In this document: piece after piece, positions 1-8,628 of the stretch
How the letters are laid out: each line of letters begins with the position of its first letter
Position numbering within the stretch: the stretch's first letter is position 1
Source of the DNA: a virus
Virus record (IMG/VR): IMGVR_UViG_3300025617_000007
Location: 1 to 64,000 of that record
DNA length: 64,000 bases
Direction: 5' to 3' (one strand)
Notes under the pieces: model-generated
Told to the model about the DNA's origin: nothing
Databases searched by the model: none
What the model saw: the letters and a program-made list of their open reading frames with translations, nothing else
Position numbers and translations under genes: made by a program

Positions 1-127
1 ATCAAGTAAATAAGTTTGACCGACAGACGCAATTGAAAAATAATTAAATACTGGGTCCGTACTACTTAACCAAACAATTCGTGAAGGGTCATTACAACAA
101 GCAAGTATATGATACGTTTCACTTGGT
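1..127. repeat. Exact direct repeat, copy 1 (cut by the window edge); partner at 25815-25941
   Basis: Base-by-base comparison gives 127/127 identity; encodes PSETYHILACCNDPSRIVWLSSTDPVFNYFSIASVGQTYLLD in both genes. Confidence 0.97.
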
Positions 128-1152
128 GTCGGTGAAGGTGTCGGTGAAGGTTGTGGTTCTGAAGAACATGTTTCACAATCCTCATAAACTGTAACTCCCG
201 AGTAAGTATTTCCTGTCGGTAATAAAGATTTATCTTTGGTCACATAACAACAACTATCACCTGAAAGTTTAATAACACTACCAATTGGTGGGTGTGGTAA
301 ATTACCTGAAAGGTCAACCCATCGTTCATGCTCAGGACATTTTGTTGGGTCTTCAGATTCGCAAGCCAGTAGAAACATTGAATAATGGTCACTCGGAGAA
401 GTAATATAATAGTTAGACGGACCATCGGGGTCTCTAGGGTCAAAAACTGTAGGAGGTCGTGTTTGATTTCCCATACATTCATCACAACCATTAGTATAAA
501 CCACATCAACCTGTGAAGTAAATGTAATATTTGGCACGCAAACCTCGCTCCCACAACTACTAATTACATCCCAACACGTACCAATTATATCAATAAAAGA
601 ATCACCTACTTGTAGATTATTAAAATTATATATACAAGCAACTAAACCTTCTTCGCTACAAGCAGAAATACATATAGTACCGAGATTATTATGTACCACA
701 TAATCATTTAATAAAAAATAGTGTGGACCGTCAAGAGATATTGAATGGACTTCAGTATTGTGTTCAATAACTTCAAAACTAACGACTTCTTCATTAACGA
801 ACTCGTCATTTACAATTTTAACCATTTGTAAGTCCCCACCTACCGTTAAATCTTCAATATTAGTAAAACTATATACCTCATTTGATTTTGAATAGGTTAA
901 TACTTTTTTTGAAGTAGCATAAAGATTATTAACCTTTAAGGTGTTTGAAACATTTTTAAATGTCCTGTCGACTTTGACATCAACATAATTAACCTCACCT
1001 AATTCATCAGTTAACCACGTTTCTTTGTCAAAGTCAGAGTCAATTGTTGGAATATAAAATGTGCGTAAAGAGTCCCCTACAACAATATTTTCAATATTAC
1101 GTGTAGAACCGTCCGATAATATAACACTTTGCCCAACTTTATAACCTGCCAT
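1..1152 (-). CDS. N-terminal HINT (intein-like) domain fused to Cys-rich modules and a Pro/Thr/Ser linker; probable virion adhesin, 3' end outside the window (at least 384 aa)
   Basis: Not in the ORF track; translated by hand from ATG at 1152 with no stop down to base 1. MAGYKVGQSVILSDGSTRNIENIVVGD matches HINT block A; VHSISLDGPHYFLLNDYVVHN (aa 135-155, ending at nt 688) matches blocks F/G. Cys modules follow (GTCWDV..YTNGCDEC; DSCCYV..YEDCETC), then PQPSPTPSPTP and a segment identical to ORF 20688-26204. TATTTAT lies 20 nt upstream. Confidence 0.85.
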   Translation of the reverse strand, partial: MAGYKVGQSVILSDGSTRNIENIVVGDSLRTFYIPTIDSDFDKETWLTDELGEVNYVDVKVDRTFKNVSNTLKVNNLYATSKKVLTYSKSNEVYSFTNIEDLTVGGDLQMVKIVNDEFVNEEVVSFEVIEHNTEVHSISLDGPHYFLLNDYVVHNNLGTICISACSEEGLVACIYNFNNLQVGDSFIDIIGTCWDVISSCGSEVCVPNITFTSQVDVVYTNGCDECMGNQTRPPTVFDPRDPDGPSNYYITSPSDHYSMFLLACESEDPTKCPEHERWVDLSGNLPHPPIGSVIKLSGDSCCYVTKDKSLLPTGNTYSGVTVYEDCETCSSEPQPSPTPSPTPSETYHILACCNDPSRIVWLSSTDPVFNYFSIASVGQTYLLD

Positions 1153-1171
1153 TTAGAAATATACTTACTAT

Positions 1172-1178
1172 ATAAATA
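1172..1178 (-). promoter_or_regulatory. TATTTAT promoter-like motif, next to a 7-bp inverted repeat (aatcgca-ag-tgcgatt, 1178-1193)
   Basis: Sense heptamer 20 nt upstream of the ATG at 1152; the same heptamer recurs upstream of ten other genes. Confidence 0.65.
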
Positions 1179-1217
1179 ATCGCAAGTGCGATTTTATGTA
1201 GAGAAAATAAGTAAAAA

Positions 1218-3593
1218 TTAGTTTTCTCTTCTTTCTTCAGGTTTATAATATTTAATTCTTTCGTGCCAAATAGGAGATGCCAATAAAATTGCAGGATTTA
1301 ATTCTCCCTTCTTTGTCATCTGATACATATGTGACATCCAAGTCTGTTCGTATGGGTGTCCCCACTTAGTATCAATAAACATTTTTTTATTACCTTCTTT
1401 ACTAACAATCATAGGCCAATTAGCATAGTAAATTTCACCATCAACATATGTCAATCCATCCATATTTCGAATATTTTTAAATTCAGTTAATGGAACATTC
1501 GGGTCTAATCCGCTGACAGGTAACTTATCATAATGAGGCCAATCTTTAGTCCTAATGTCTTGTGGAACATTATACCACGAACACTGTTTATCGTTATCAA
1601 AATAAACTTCAGTAAAACTTAACTTTAAGAAATCGAAACCTTCTTTTAACATTATTCTATGAGCTAAATTATAAATGTTTGGAACGTATTTTCTAAATCC
1701 ATTCCTACAAACCTCACCTTTTAATTCTGGTGGGTTAACCGTCATATCATCTTCAAAGAAGAACATAAAATCAGCATCTGATTTGTGAAAATGTTCGGCA
1801 GCTGCTTGACGACCACCACAAATACCCGTATTACCACCTAAATCAATATATTCAAAGTTATACTCCTTCGCAATTTCTTTATTTTTAACTTTAGCATTTT
1901 GGTCGGTTGAATTATCCAATAAAAACAGGTTCGGTCTTTCCAACCACTCAGGAGTTTTTTTCATTGAATTAATCGTATGTAGTACTTGTTCAGGAAAATT
2001 AAAAGTTAACATATATAAATTAGTATTAACTCTATTAACATCTCTATCAGTATACTTACGATTATTATTGATTCTTTTTACGTCTGGTTCAGTAATTTTA
2101 ACATTATTTTCTTTAAGTGCTTGCGTGAACTTAACGATTAAACCATTACCGTCCAACTCAAACCTTTTATAAAGGTCAGGTTCCAAATAAGACATAATAG
2201 TAAACAAACTCTCCTCAGTACCCATAAGTCCTTGGGACAAGGTTTGGTCTAATAATGCATAATATGTTGAGTTAGCTTCGTTTAATTGTTGTTTGTGTCC
2301 ACCAAATAACCCACCTCTACATACATACTTAACTTTTTCACCTGAAATACGGTTCATGTCACCATATTTAAAACCATGAATCTCCGTATCAGCCTCATAA
2401 GGATAACTTAAAAATAAAAATGGATTACCGTGGTCAGTTAACTTGTCTAACACATTATCATCAACTAAATGTCCTTTAGGTACTGTATTCGTAATACCCG
2501 CATCTAACCAAAAGAAATATTCAGTATCAAATGGATTCCAAATAGACGCGTCATTTAACATAAACATTTTACCTTGAACTATCGGGTTATACCATTCTAA
2601 TGATGCTTGTGGTGAACTACCTAACCAACCTACTTGATTTAACCAATTAGAATTTGTTCTTATTTCTTGAGTTCTATCCCAAAATGGAGAATATAAGTTT
2701 TTAACACCATCTAACTCCATTACTTTTACATAGGTATTTTCTCTATTCCTATGTTCCCAAACTAAACTTTCCAATTCTTTAGGTACATAGATAAATAGAT
2801 TCTGAGGTATCTGTAATAAATTTTTAAAATGTTCAATATAGTGGTCAAATGAACGTCCATTTCGGTTAATATCCCATAAACCAGTAACTATTGTCATATT
2901 ATTATTTAAATTCGACATATCATTATAAATTTTTTCATATATTTCTTTTTTTATTGCAGTTATATCTTGACCCAACTCATAAAAATAACCATACTTATCT
3001 AACTTATCGGTTGTTAATTTTTTTTCTTCATCTGTAAGATTAATATATTCTAATCGAATGAAATGTGGTTTGATTTTTTCTAAATTCATTTGTTTAAAAA
3101 TCATCCAATCATACCCCTCAGCATCACAAATAAAAACATCAATTTTATCGAGACTATGTTTTTGAATTAACGTACTTAACGATATACCATTTACATCTAT
3201 AGTTTTAGCTAAATTATCTTTAACAAAGATATCCCTTTCGTAGTCAGTCCCAAACCCATTTTTTAAAGGGAAAAGAGCACTCATTCCTTGATAACCAGGG
3301 TGTAAATCATTTTCTTTTATAACACCTCTTTCTACCGTTAACATTCTCACCGGCCCATCACTATCTGTTATTGCACTATTTTCAAATACACAATTATTTC
3401 TGTGTTTTAAATTATTTTTAAGAATATCAAATATTTCAGGTATAGGCTCTACCAAAACTTCATCCCATTTAAAGTTTTCTAAATGACCTCTTGTATCGTC
3501 AAACGAAAAACCGTCCATAGCTCCGACCTGAACTACTTGAATGTCGGTAAAGTTTTTATTTATATAATTTAGCGAGTCGGTAATTAAATCCAT
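1218..3593 (-). CDS. Three-domain glycan-modifying fusion: FkbM-family methyltransferase + HtrL/YibB(WlaTC)-like glycosyltransferase + GT-A-like domain
   Basis: N-term VVQVGAMDG..VLVEP..IDVFICDAEGYD (FkbM); middle TIVTGLWDINR..YFFWLDAG..GGLFGG..GTEESLFT (HtrL-like); C-term NLFLLDNST..GNTGICGGRQ..FFFEDD (GT-A DxD-like). Confidence 0.75.
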   Translation of the reverse strand: MDLITDSLNYINKNFTDIQVVQVGAMDGFSFDDTRGHLENFKWDEVLVEPIPEIFDILKNNLKHRNNCVFENSAITDSDGPVRMLTVERGVIKENDLHPGYQGMSALFPLKNGFGTDYERDIFVKDNLAKTIDVNGISLSTLIQKHSLDKIDVFICDAEGYDWMIFKQMNLEKIKPHFIRLEYINLTDEEKKLTTDKLDKYGYFYELGQDITAIKKEIYEKIYNDMSNLNNNMTIVTGLWDINRNGRSFDHYIEHFKNLLQIPQNLFIYVPKELESLVWEHRNRENTYVKVMELDGVKNLYSPFWDRTQEIRTNSNWLNQVGWLGSSPQASLEWYNPIVQGKMFMLNDASIWNPFDTEYFFWLDAGITNTVPKGHLVDDNVLDKLTDHGNPFLFLSYPYEADTEIHGFKYGDMNRISGEKVKYVCRGGLFGGHKQQLNEANSTYYALLDQTLSQGLMGTEESLFTIMSYLEPDLYKRFELDGNGLIVKFTQALKENNVKITEPDVKRINNNRKYTDRDVNRVNTNLYMLTFNFPEQVLHTINSMKKTPEWLERPNLFLLDNSTDQNAKVKNKEIAKEYNFEYIDLGGNTGICGGRQAAAEHFHKSDADFMFFFEDDMTVNPPELKGEVCRNGFRKYVPNIYNLAHRIMLKEGFDFLKLSFTEVYFDNDKQCSWYNVPQDIRTKDWPHYDKLPVSGLDPNVPLTEFKNIRNMDGLTYVDGEIYYANWPMIVSKEGNKKMFIDTKWGHPYEQTWMSHMYQMTKKGELNPAILLASPIWHERIKYYKPEERREN

Positions 3594-3606
3594 TTTACTT
3601 TTTATT

Positions 3607-4230
3607 TTAAAATTTATAATTGAATATTTCTATTTCTTTTTTGGAGACGTTTTTAACTATTTCAAAAGTTTCATCATTATAAAACTCTTGGTATGGTTTA
3701 CTTACATCAATATCTATTACATAATTAAATTTGTTCTTATCATGTATTCTGAGGTCTCTATTTAATTCAATTTTAAATTTACTTTCCATGAAATTCAACA
3801 TACCATCAAAATCTGAATAATCGAACCATTTATCAAATGTAAGTCCCTTTTCTTCTAATTCAACACTAGTCAAACTTTGGTAATGTCTTTTTTGATACGA
3901 TGTCTTTATGTAATTTTCAAAAGTAACATCTTCAGGATTTATATTTTTATAAGTTTCTTTAGTTTCACATATATTACTAAAATCACGTATATTAAAACAT
4001 GTTTCATGTAGTAAATAACGATAATAAGAAACTGCGTGTTCCCACGGATTTCTTATCATAATAGTTTTATAAAAATCTTGAAATTGATACTGATTCCTAT
4101 CCACATCTTTAACTGTCATATGATGGGAATAACCTTCCCAACCATTCGCTAACATCATCTCTCTAAATGATGTTCCTCCATTTTTTGGTACGTGAATATG
4201 AAAATGTTTATTTTTTTGACTAACTATCAT
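3607..4230 (-). CDS. Sulfotransferase (Sulfotransfer_2 / carbohydrate sulfotransferase-like)
   Basis: 5'-PSB motif HIHVPKNGGTS and 3'-PB motif IRNPWEHAVSYY. Confidence 0.85.
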   Translation of the reverse strand: MIVSQKNKHFHIHVPKNGGTSFREMMLANGWEGYSHHMTVKDVDRNQYQFQDFYKTIMIRNPWEHAVSYYRYLLHETCFNIRDFSNICETKETYKNINPEDVTFENYIKTSYQKRHYQSLTSVELEEKGLTFDKWFDYSDFDGMLNFMESKFKIELNRDLRIHDKNKFNYVIDIDVSKPYQEFYNDETFEIVKNVSKKEIEIFNYKF

Positions 4231-4236
4231 ATAAAA

Positions 4237-5073
4237 TTAAATTTCCCAATTACTATTATTATACGAATTATCAATAAATTTATATAATTTTTTAGTTTTT
4301 TCATCGTCTTTATTATTCTGTCTCTCAACATTACATCCTTCTAAAGAACCGTGTTCAATATATTTTTTAATTGGAAACGTATGTCTTAAATTTTCTAACC
4401 ACTCATCATAGTTATTAAAGTCTTTATCCTCCTCAAAATACGTGACCACTCTCGGTCTTTTGTTTTTTGCAAAATACGCAGACACTGTGGTATCATCGCA
4501 CCATGTACCATATTCATCAATAAAATCAAAGAAATCATCACCAAAAAAATGTCTACGATATGAAATAGTTTTATAATGTTGTAAAATATCAACAAGTGAG
4601 TTTCTTTTTAGTGAAGAGTAATAATAATCTCTAGTATCACCGAAATGATTCGATAAAAGTCCATTCTCATCTCTAGACCTCATACCATCATATCCCACAA
4701 CATAATCAGGCCATTTTTCCCTATTTTTAATGTGTTCATTAACCATTTCTTCATGATAATACATATCATCATCAACCACTATAATTATGGTATCATCATT
4801 AACTATTCTCTTTACCGTTGGTAATAGTTTTGTAATAGAACCGTAATCATCGGTTCTAAAAATTTTCAACTTTTTATCGTCTATCATTTCTAACCATTCA
4901 GGTATAATATATTCATCACCATTCTTTGAATAAAAATTTGGTATATTCAGGTGAATTTCATAATTTTCATTATAATTTTGATTTAATAAAGATTCAATAC
5001 AGTATCTCATATCAAAATTATATTTACTATTTAACCTTTCAGGTATTGTTGTAAGTGTTATTATTACTTCCAT
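4237..5073 (-). CDS. GT-A fold glycosyltransferase-like protein
   Basis: IITLTTIPERL..DYGSITKLLPT..IIIVVDDDMYY pattern typical of viral GT2-like enzymes; DxD motif present. Confidence 0.7.
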   Translation of the reverse strand: MEVIITLTTIPERLNSKYNFDMRYCIESLLNQNYNENYEIHLNIPNFYSKNGDEYIIPEWLEMIDDKKLKIFRTDDYGSITKLLPTVKRIVNDDTIIIVVDDDMYYHEEMVNEHIKNREKWPDYVVGYDGMRSRDENGLLSNHFGDTRDYYYSSLKRNSLVDILQHYKTISYRRHFFGDDFFDFIDEYGTWCDDTTVSAYFAKNKRPRVVTYFEEDKDFNNYDEWLENLRHTFPIKKYIEHGSLEGCNVERQNNKDDEKTKKLYKFIDNSYNNSNWEI

Positions 5074-5076
5074 AAC

Positions 5077-5769
5077 TTATATTTTAACAAATACTGTTTG
5101 TCTACCCCATAAAACTTTAACATATCCGTTTTCAAGTAAATAAGGTGTTAATAATTTATCTTTACCGCCAGCGTCAGTATTAAAATCTGTATCATCAACC
5201 GATACTATGTGTATATCCGATAACTTATCCTGCGCAACTTTAAAAGCTTCTAAGTGTTTTTCAGCATATTGAGGTACCCCAACGTCCCATCCGTCTAAAT
5301 AAAGTAAATCAATCTTTTTATCGAAATTACGTAAAAATTCTATACCATCCATAGGTATATTAACATGAATATTGTCAGGAAAATCAGTCTTAAGATGATG
5401 TAAATATTGATTATGTAAGGTTTCTTTACACCTTTCATCGATATCCACAGTATATACCTCAAAACCTTCTTTAGAAAAAAAATGGGTTGAATGACCATCC
5501 TGACAACAAGGAGGAGCATCTTTAGTTTCAATATTATAACAATCGTCATAATAATTAATACAACCATCGGTCACTCCCGACCTGGTTGACCCAATTTCTA
5601 CCACAACGTTACCTCCAATAATTTTTAAAAGCTCAGAAGTTTTTTTTAACCACGGAGCAGGGTAGTTCCTAAAGTAATTTTCATAAGGTTTTAAAGGACT
5701 ATGGTCCCAATAAATTGTATTATACTTAAAATCATGTGCAGATTTTAATAGTTCTATAATTTTTTCCAT
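5077..5769 (-). CDS. Class I SAM-dependent methyltransferase (Methyltransf_24-like)
   Basis: VVVEIGS (motif I), VYTVDID (motif II), IDLLYLDG and VSVDDT. Confidence 0.75.
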   Translation of the reverse strand: MEKIIELLKSAHDFKYNTIYWDHSPLKPYENYFRNYPAPWLKKTSELLKIIGGNVVVEIGSTRSGVTDGCINYYDDCYNIETKDAPPCCQDGHSTHFFSKEGFEVYTVDIDERCKETLHNQYLHHLKTDFPDNIHVNIPMDGIEFLRNFDKKIDLLYLDGWDVGVPQYAEKHLEAFKVAQDKLSDIHIVSVDDTDFNTDAGGKDKLLTPYLLENGYVKVLWGRQTVFVKI

Positions 5770-5773
5770 TTTT

Positions 5774-7057
5774 TTATAATTTAAATTCTACTCGTTCCGC
5801 CCATCCTCGTTCTTTGGTTAATCCCCAGTAAACAACTTTGGAAGGATTTTTATCTGTTAAAAACATCTCTTCATAGTGTATAGGTTCACCATGTTTTAGG
5901 AACCTTTCTAATCTATGACCTTTTATATAATTATGGTTAACTCCAATTCCTTCATCATCATCAAATGCAATTAATATGGATTCGTAGTCATCTGCAGGTA
6001 ACATATCTCTCGTCACATTAACTAAATGGTAAAATGAGTACATAAACGATTTTTCCCATTCTTCTTCAGTTTCATAATTATATGGGTTCGGAGGAAATAA
6101 ATTATCTTTAGTGTATTTTTGAAAAGATTTATTTTTAAAATGAATTCCAGCATATTTTTCATAATCTCTAACAGTTCTAACGGTCCCTAATTCGTAACCC
6201 GTTAAATCATGACCATTATCTTCAACACCAAATAGTTGTCTAATTCTTGACCTTGCAATATCATTACCTTTCCACCATAAACTCTCACCTCGCTTACTTT
6301 GGTCATCCCAAACTAACTTTCCAGCTCTTTCTTCTCTCATCGTTGCATGCCATATCACAATCCTGTGAGGATGAAACAAATCATAACCATGGGTATATGA
6401 GCGCACCGTTAAATTAATCTCTTCACCCGCAAAGAAAATATTAGGGTCATGTCTCACTTCTTTCGCCCACTTATTAGGTCCAAATGCAAAGTGACCACTT
6501 AAGAATCTAGCAGGATATGGTTTATCTAAATGTTTCCAACCTCCTTTAACAGCTGTGGGTCTGATAAATATCGTCCCAAATGGGTAGAATGTCGCAGCTT
6601 CAGATTGCCAAGGTTCCTTAACTCGGTCATTAGGGTCGTTAAATGGGTTATAATATGGTAAGTATCCTCCAATTATTGGATTATAACCTTCTTTCTTTAA
6701 ATCATAATACCATTTAATTAATGTTTCGTCCCAATTTTCAGTAAACCTATGGTGTGAATCCAACTGACAAACAAAGTCTTCGTCAGTCAATAGTTGGTCA
6801 TTTATAATACCCCTTGCATATGCCAATCCCTTAGCTTCTTCATAAGGCATATCATATATTTTAAATCTAGGGTCATCACGATACTCATCCACATTATCAA
6901 ACCCATCTTCAGGATTAAATTGTCGACATATACCAAAATGTATTCTTTCAGGATGCTTAGCGTTTTCCAACGCACTTTTTATTGTAGGTATCAATTCAGG
7001 CTCACGATAAGCCGGTAAATGAACCAAAATTGTCATATTTTTTTTACTTTTTTTCAT
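5774..7057 (-). CDS. GT60-family polypeptide N-acetylglucosaminyltransferase, paralogue 2 (true start probably 7036, MTILVHL)
   Basis: ILVHLPAYREPEL, GLAYAR, QLDSHHRFTENWD (DSH), FLSGHFAF, DPNIFFAGEEINLTVRSYTHGYDLFHP. Confidence 0.85.
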   Translation of the reverse strand: MKKSKKNMTILVHLPAYREPELIPTIKSALENAKHPERIHFGICRQFNPEDGFDNVDEYRDDPRFKIYDMPYEEAKGLAYARGIINDQLLTDEDFVCQLDSHHRFTENWDETLIKWYYDLKKEGYNPIIGGYLPYYNPFNDPNDRVKEPWQSEAATFYPFGTIFIRPTAVKGGWKHLDKPYPARFLSGHFAFGPNKWAKEVRHDPNIFFAGEEINLTVRSYTHGYDLFHPHRIVIWHATMREERAGKLVWDDQSKRGESLWWKGNDIARSRIRQLFGVEDNGHDLTGYELGTVRTVRDYEKYAGIHFKNKSFQKYTKDNLFPPNPYNYETEEEWEKSFMYSFYHLVNVTRDMLPADDYESILIAFDDDEGIGVNHNYIKGHRLERFLKHGEPIHYEEMFLTDKNPSKVVYWGLTKERGWAERVEFKL

Positions 7058-8318
7058 ATAATGTTCCTTCCAATCTGTTTACCCACCCTTCTTTTATTGA
7101 GTGAGGCCAAACAATCCATTTATATGGTCGTTTCACGGTATTGAAACTTCTCCATACTCTACAGAACTTATCAGGGTCCTGTTTCATTCTTTTAATTTCA
7201 TTTTCATCAGCATCTTGTCTAAACAACTCATTTCCGTCCTCATCTTCAAATGCCACTGCCCATACGTTATAATCATCGTGAGGGACACTATCAAAATGGA
7301 TGTCAATACAATGTTTAAACGGAGTAGTAAACGCATTTTCATATTCTTCATCACTCTCAAATACAGGACATGGTGGGTCTAATTTGTCTGCAGTGTGTTG
7401 TAGAACCGCTCTTCTACTAAACTTAATACCTGAGTATCTCTCATACTCATCAATAGTTCTTTCATCACCTAAACCCCACGGACCAAACTCTTCAGGGTCG
7501 TAAATCTCACCATCAACACCCAATAACTTTCTATTTCTAACGTGTGAATTGTCGTTATTAGTTCCCCACGTATTATGGTCGTCCCAATGTTTTTTAAGTC
7601 CTTTACGTGTGTAATAATGCCATAAGAAAATTTTATGTGGATGTAATAAATCGTAACCGTGAGTGTATGCTCTCACTGCAATTGAAATTTCTTCACCGTG
7701 AAAATAATACTTAGGGTCGTGTTGGACTTTTTCAGCAAATTCCCCTAAAGTAAATGCAAAATGAGCTGAGTAAAATCTTGCAGGTATTGGTTCTGACCTT
7801 TCTTCAAAATCATCTATCGTTGAAGGTAAGAAATGTACATTCCCGTCAGGACTAAATCTATCAAAATCCATCCTCCACGGTTTCATAATTCTACTCTCAG
7901 GGTCATTATCAGGCTCAAATGAGGGCGCGTAACTGGTTAATAGGGGTTTTTTAATTCCGTTTTTAATTAACCTTTTTAGTTCTTTTTTTAACTCATAATC
8001 CCAATTCTCAATGAATCGTGTATGTGAATCTATTTGTAACGTATAAGTTTCACCATCATATAGTTGTTGTAATAAATTTCTAGCCCAACAAGCACCTTCA
8101 CTATCTTCATAAGGAATGTTAAGAATTCTAAACCTATCATCATCTTTATATTCATCTAAATTATCCCACTCATCTTCAGAACTATGTTGCCAAGCAATTC
8201 CAATTCTAAGATTGTCAGGATTTTTACATTTATCCAACATATCTTTAATTGTCGGTATCAATTGTGGGTCTCGGTAAGATGCTATTTGTACAAAAATAGT
8301 CTCAGGTTTACGTGCCAT
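7044..8318 (-). CDS. GT60-family polypeptide N-acetylglucosaminyltransferase, paralogue 1
   Basis: IFVQIASYRDPQL, GACWAR, LQIDSHTRFIENWD, FYSAHFAF, HDPKYYFHGEEISIAVRAYTHGYDL: motifs of the Skp1-Hyp/polypeptide alpha-GlcNAc transferase family (GT60). Confidence 0.88.
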   Translation of the reverse strand: MARKPETIFVQIASYRDPQLIPTIKDMLDKCKNPDNLRIGIAWQHSSEDEWDNLDEYKDDDRFRILNIPYEDSEGACWARNLLQQLYDGETYTLQIDSHTRFIENWDYELKKELKRLIKNGIKKPLLTSYAPSFEPDNDPESRIMKPWRMDFDRFSPDGNVHFLPSTIDDFEERSEPIPARFYSAHFAFTLGEFAEKVQHDPKYYFHGEEISIAVRAYTHGYDLLHPHKIFLWHYYTRKGLKKHWDDHNTWGTNNDNSHVRNRKLLGVDGEIYDPEEFGPWGLGDERTIDEYERYSGIKFSRRAVLQHTADKLDPPCPVFESDEEYENAFTTPFKHCIDIHFDSVPHDDYNVWAVAFEDEDGNELFRQDADENEIKRMKQDPDKFCRVWRSFNTVKRPYKWIVWPHSIKEGWVNRLEGTLYEKK

Positions 8319-8400
8319 AATATATTATTTTAAATTTTATTCTTACATTAAATAATCACGAAAAATTAATGATTGTAAAGGTCTAAACATAAAAATCGAA

Positions 8401-8407
8401 TATTTAT
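8401..8407 (+). promoter_or_regulatory. TATTTAT promoter-like motif for the single plus-strand gene
   Basis: The heptamer switches strand together with gene orientation, 7 nt before the ATG at 8415. Confidence 0.65.
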
Positions 8408-8414
8408 AAGTAAG

Positions 8415-8588
8415 ATGAAATTATTAAGAACCATACAGAAATTAGTAAACGAGGCTGAAGATAATTACTATAAGGCGTCCATAAGTTCTACAAGCACTAA
8501 AGAAGTGGAAGAACTGAAAGAGAAGTTAGATGCTAGTTTACAACTTTTAGAAATATATGAAAGGATTGAAATAAAAAAAGAGGACTAA
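8415..8588 (+). CDS. Small 57-aa helical protein; the only plus-strand gene
   Basis: Translated by hand: MKLLRTIQKLVNEAEDNYYKASISSTSTKEVEELKEKLDASLQLLEIYERIEIKKED*. Fills the gap between two minus-strand operons, has its own TATTTAT and ends in a bidirectional terminator. Confidence 0.7.
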   Translation: MKLLRTIQKLVNEAEDNYYKASISSTSTKEVEELKEKLDASLQLLEIYERIEIKKED

Positions 8589-8603
8589 TAGTCCTCTTTT
8601 TTT
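8573..8603. terminator. Bidirectional intrinsic terminator
   Basis: Perfect 14-bp arms aaaaaaagaggact-aat-agtcctcttttttt between convergent genes, with a U-tract on both strands. Confidence 0.9.
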
Positions 8604-8628
8604 ATATTTAATATTTTGTAAGTATATC

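Noticed and set aside
240-554. 104-aa minus-strand ORF in the track
   Set aside because: Out of frame inside the longer HINT-containing ORF 1-1152, which has the promoter motif and recognisable domains.
688-1152. Splicing intein
   Set aside because: No N-extein, no C1 nucleophile, no block B His, +1 residue is Asn, and no endonuclease domain; treated as a cleavage-only HINT domain.
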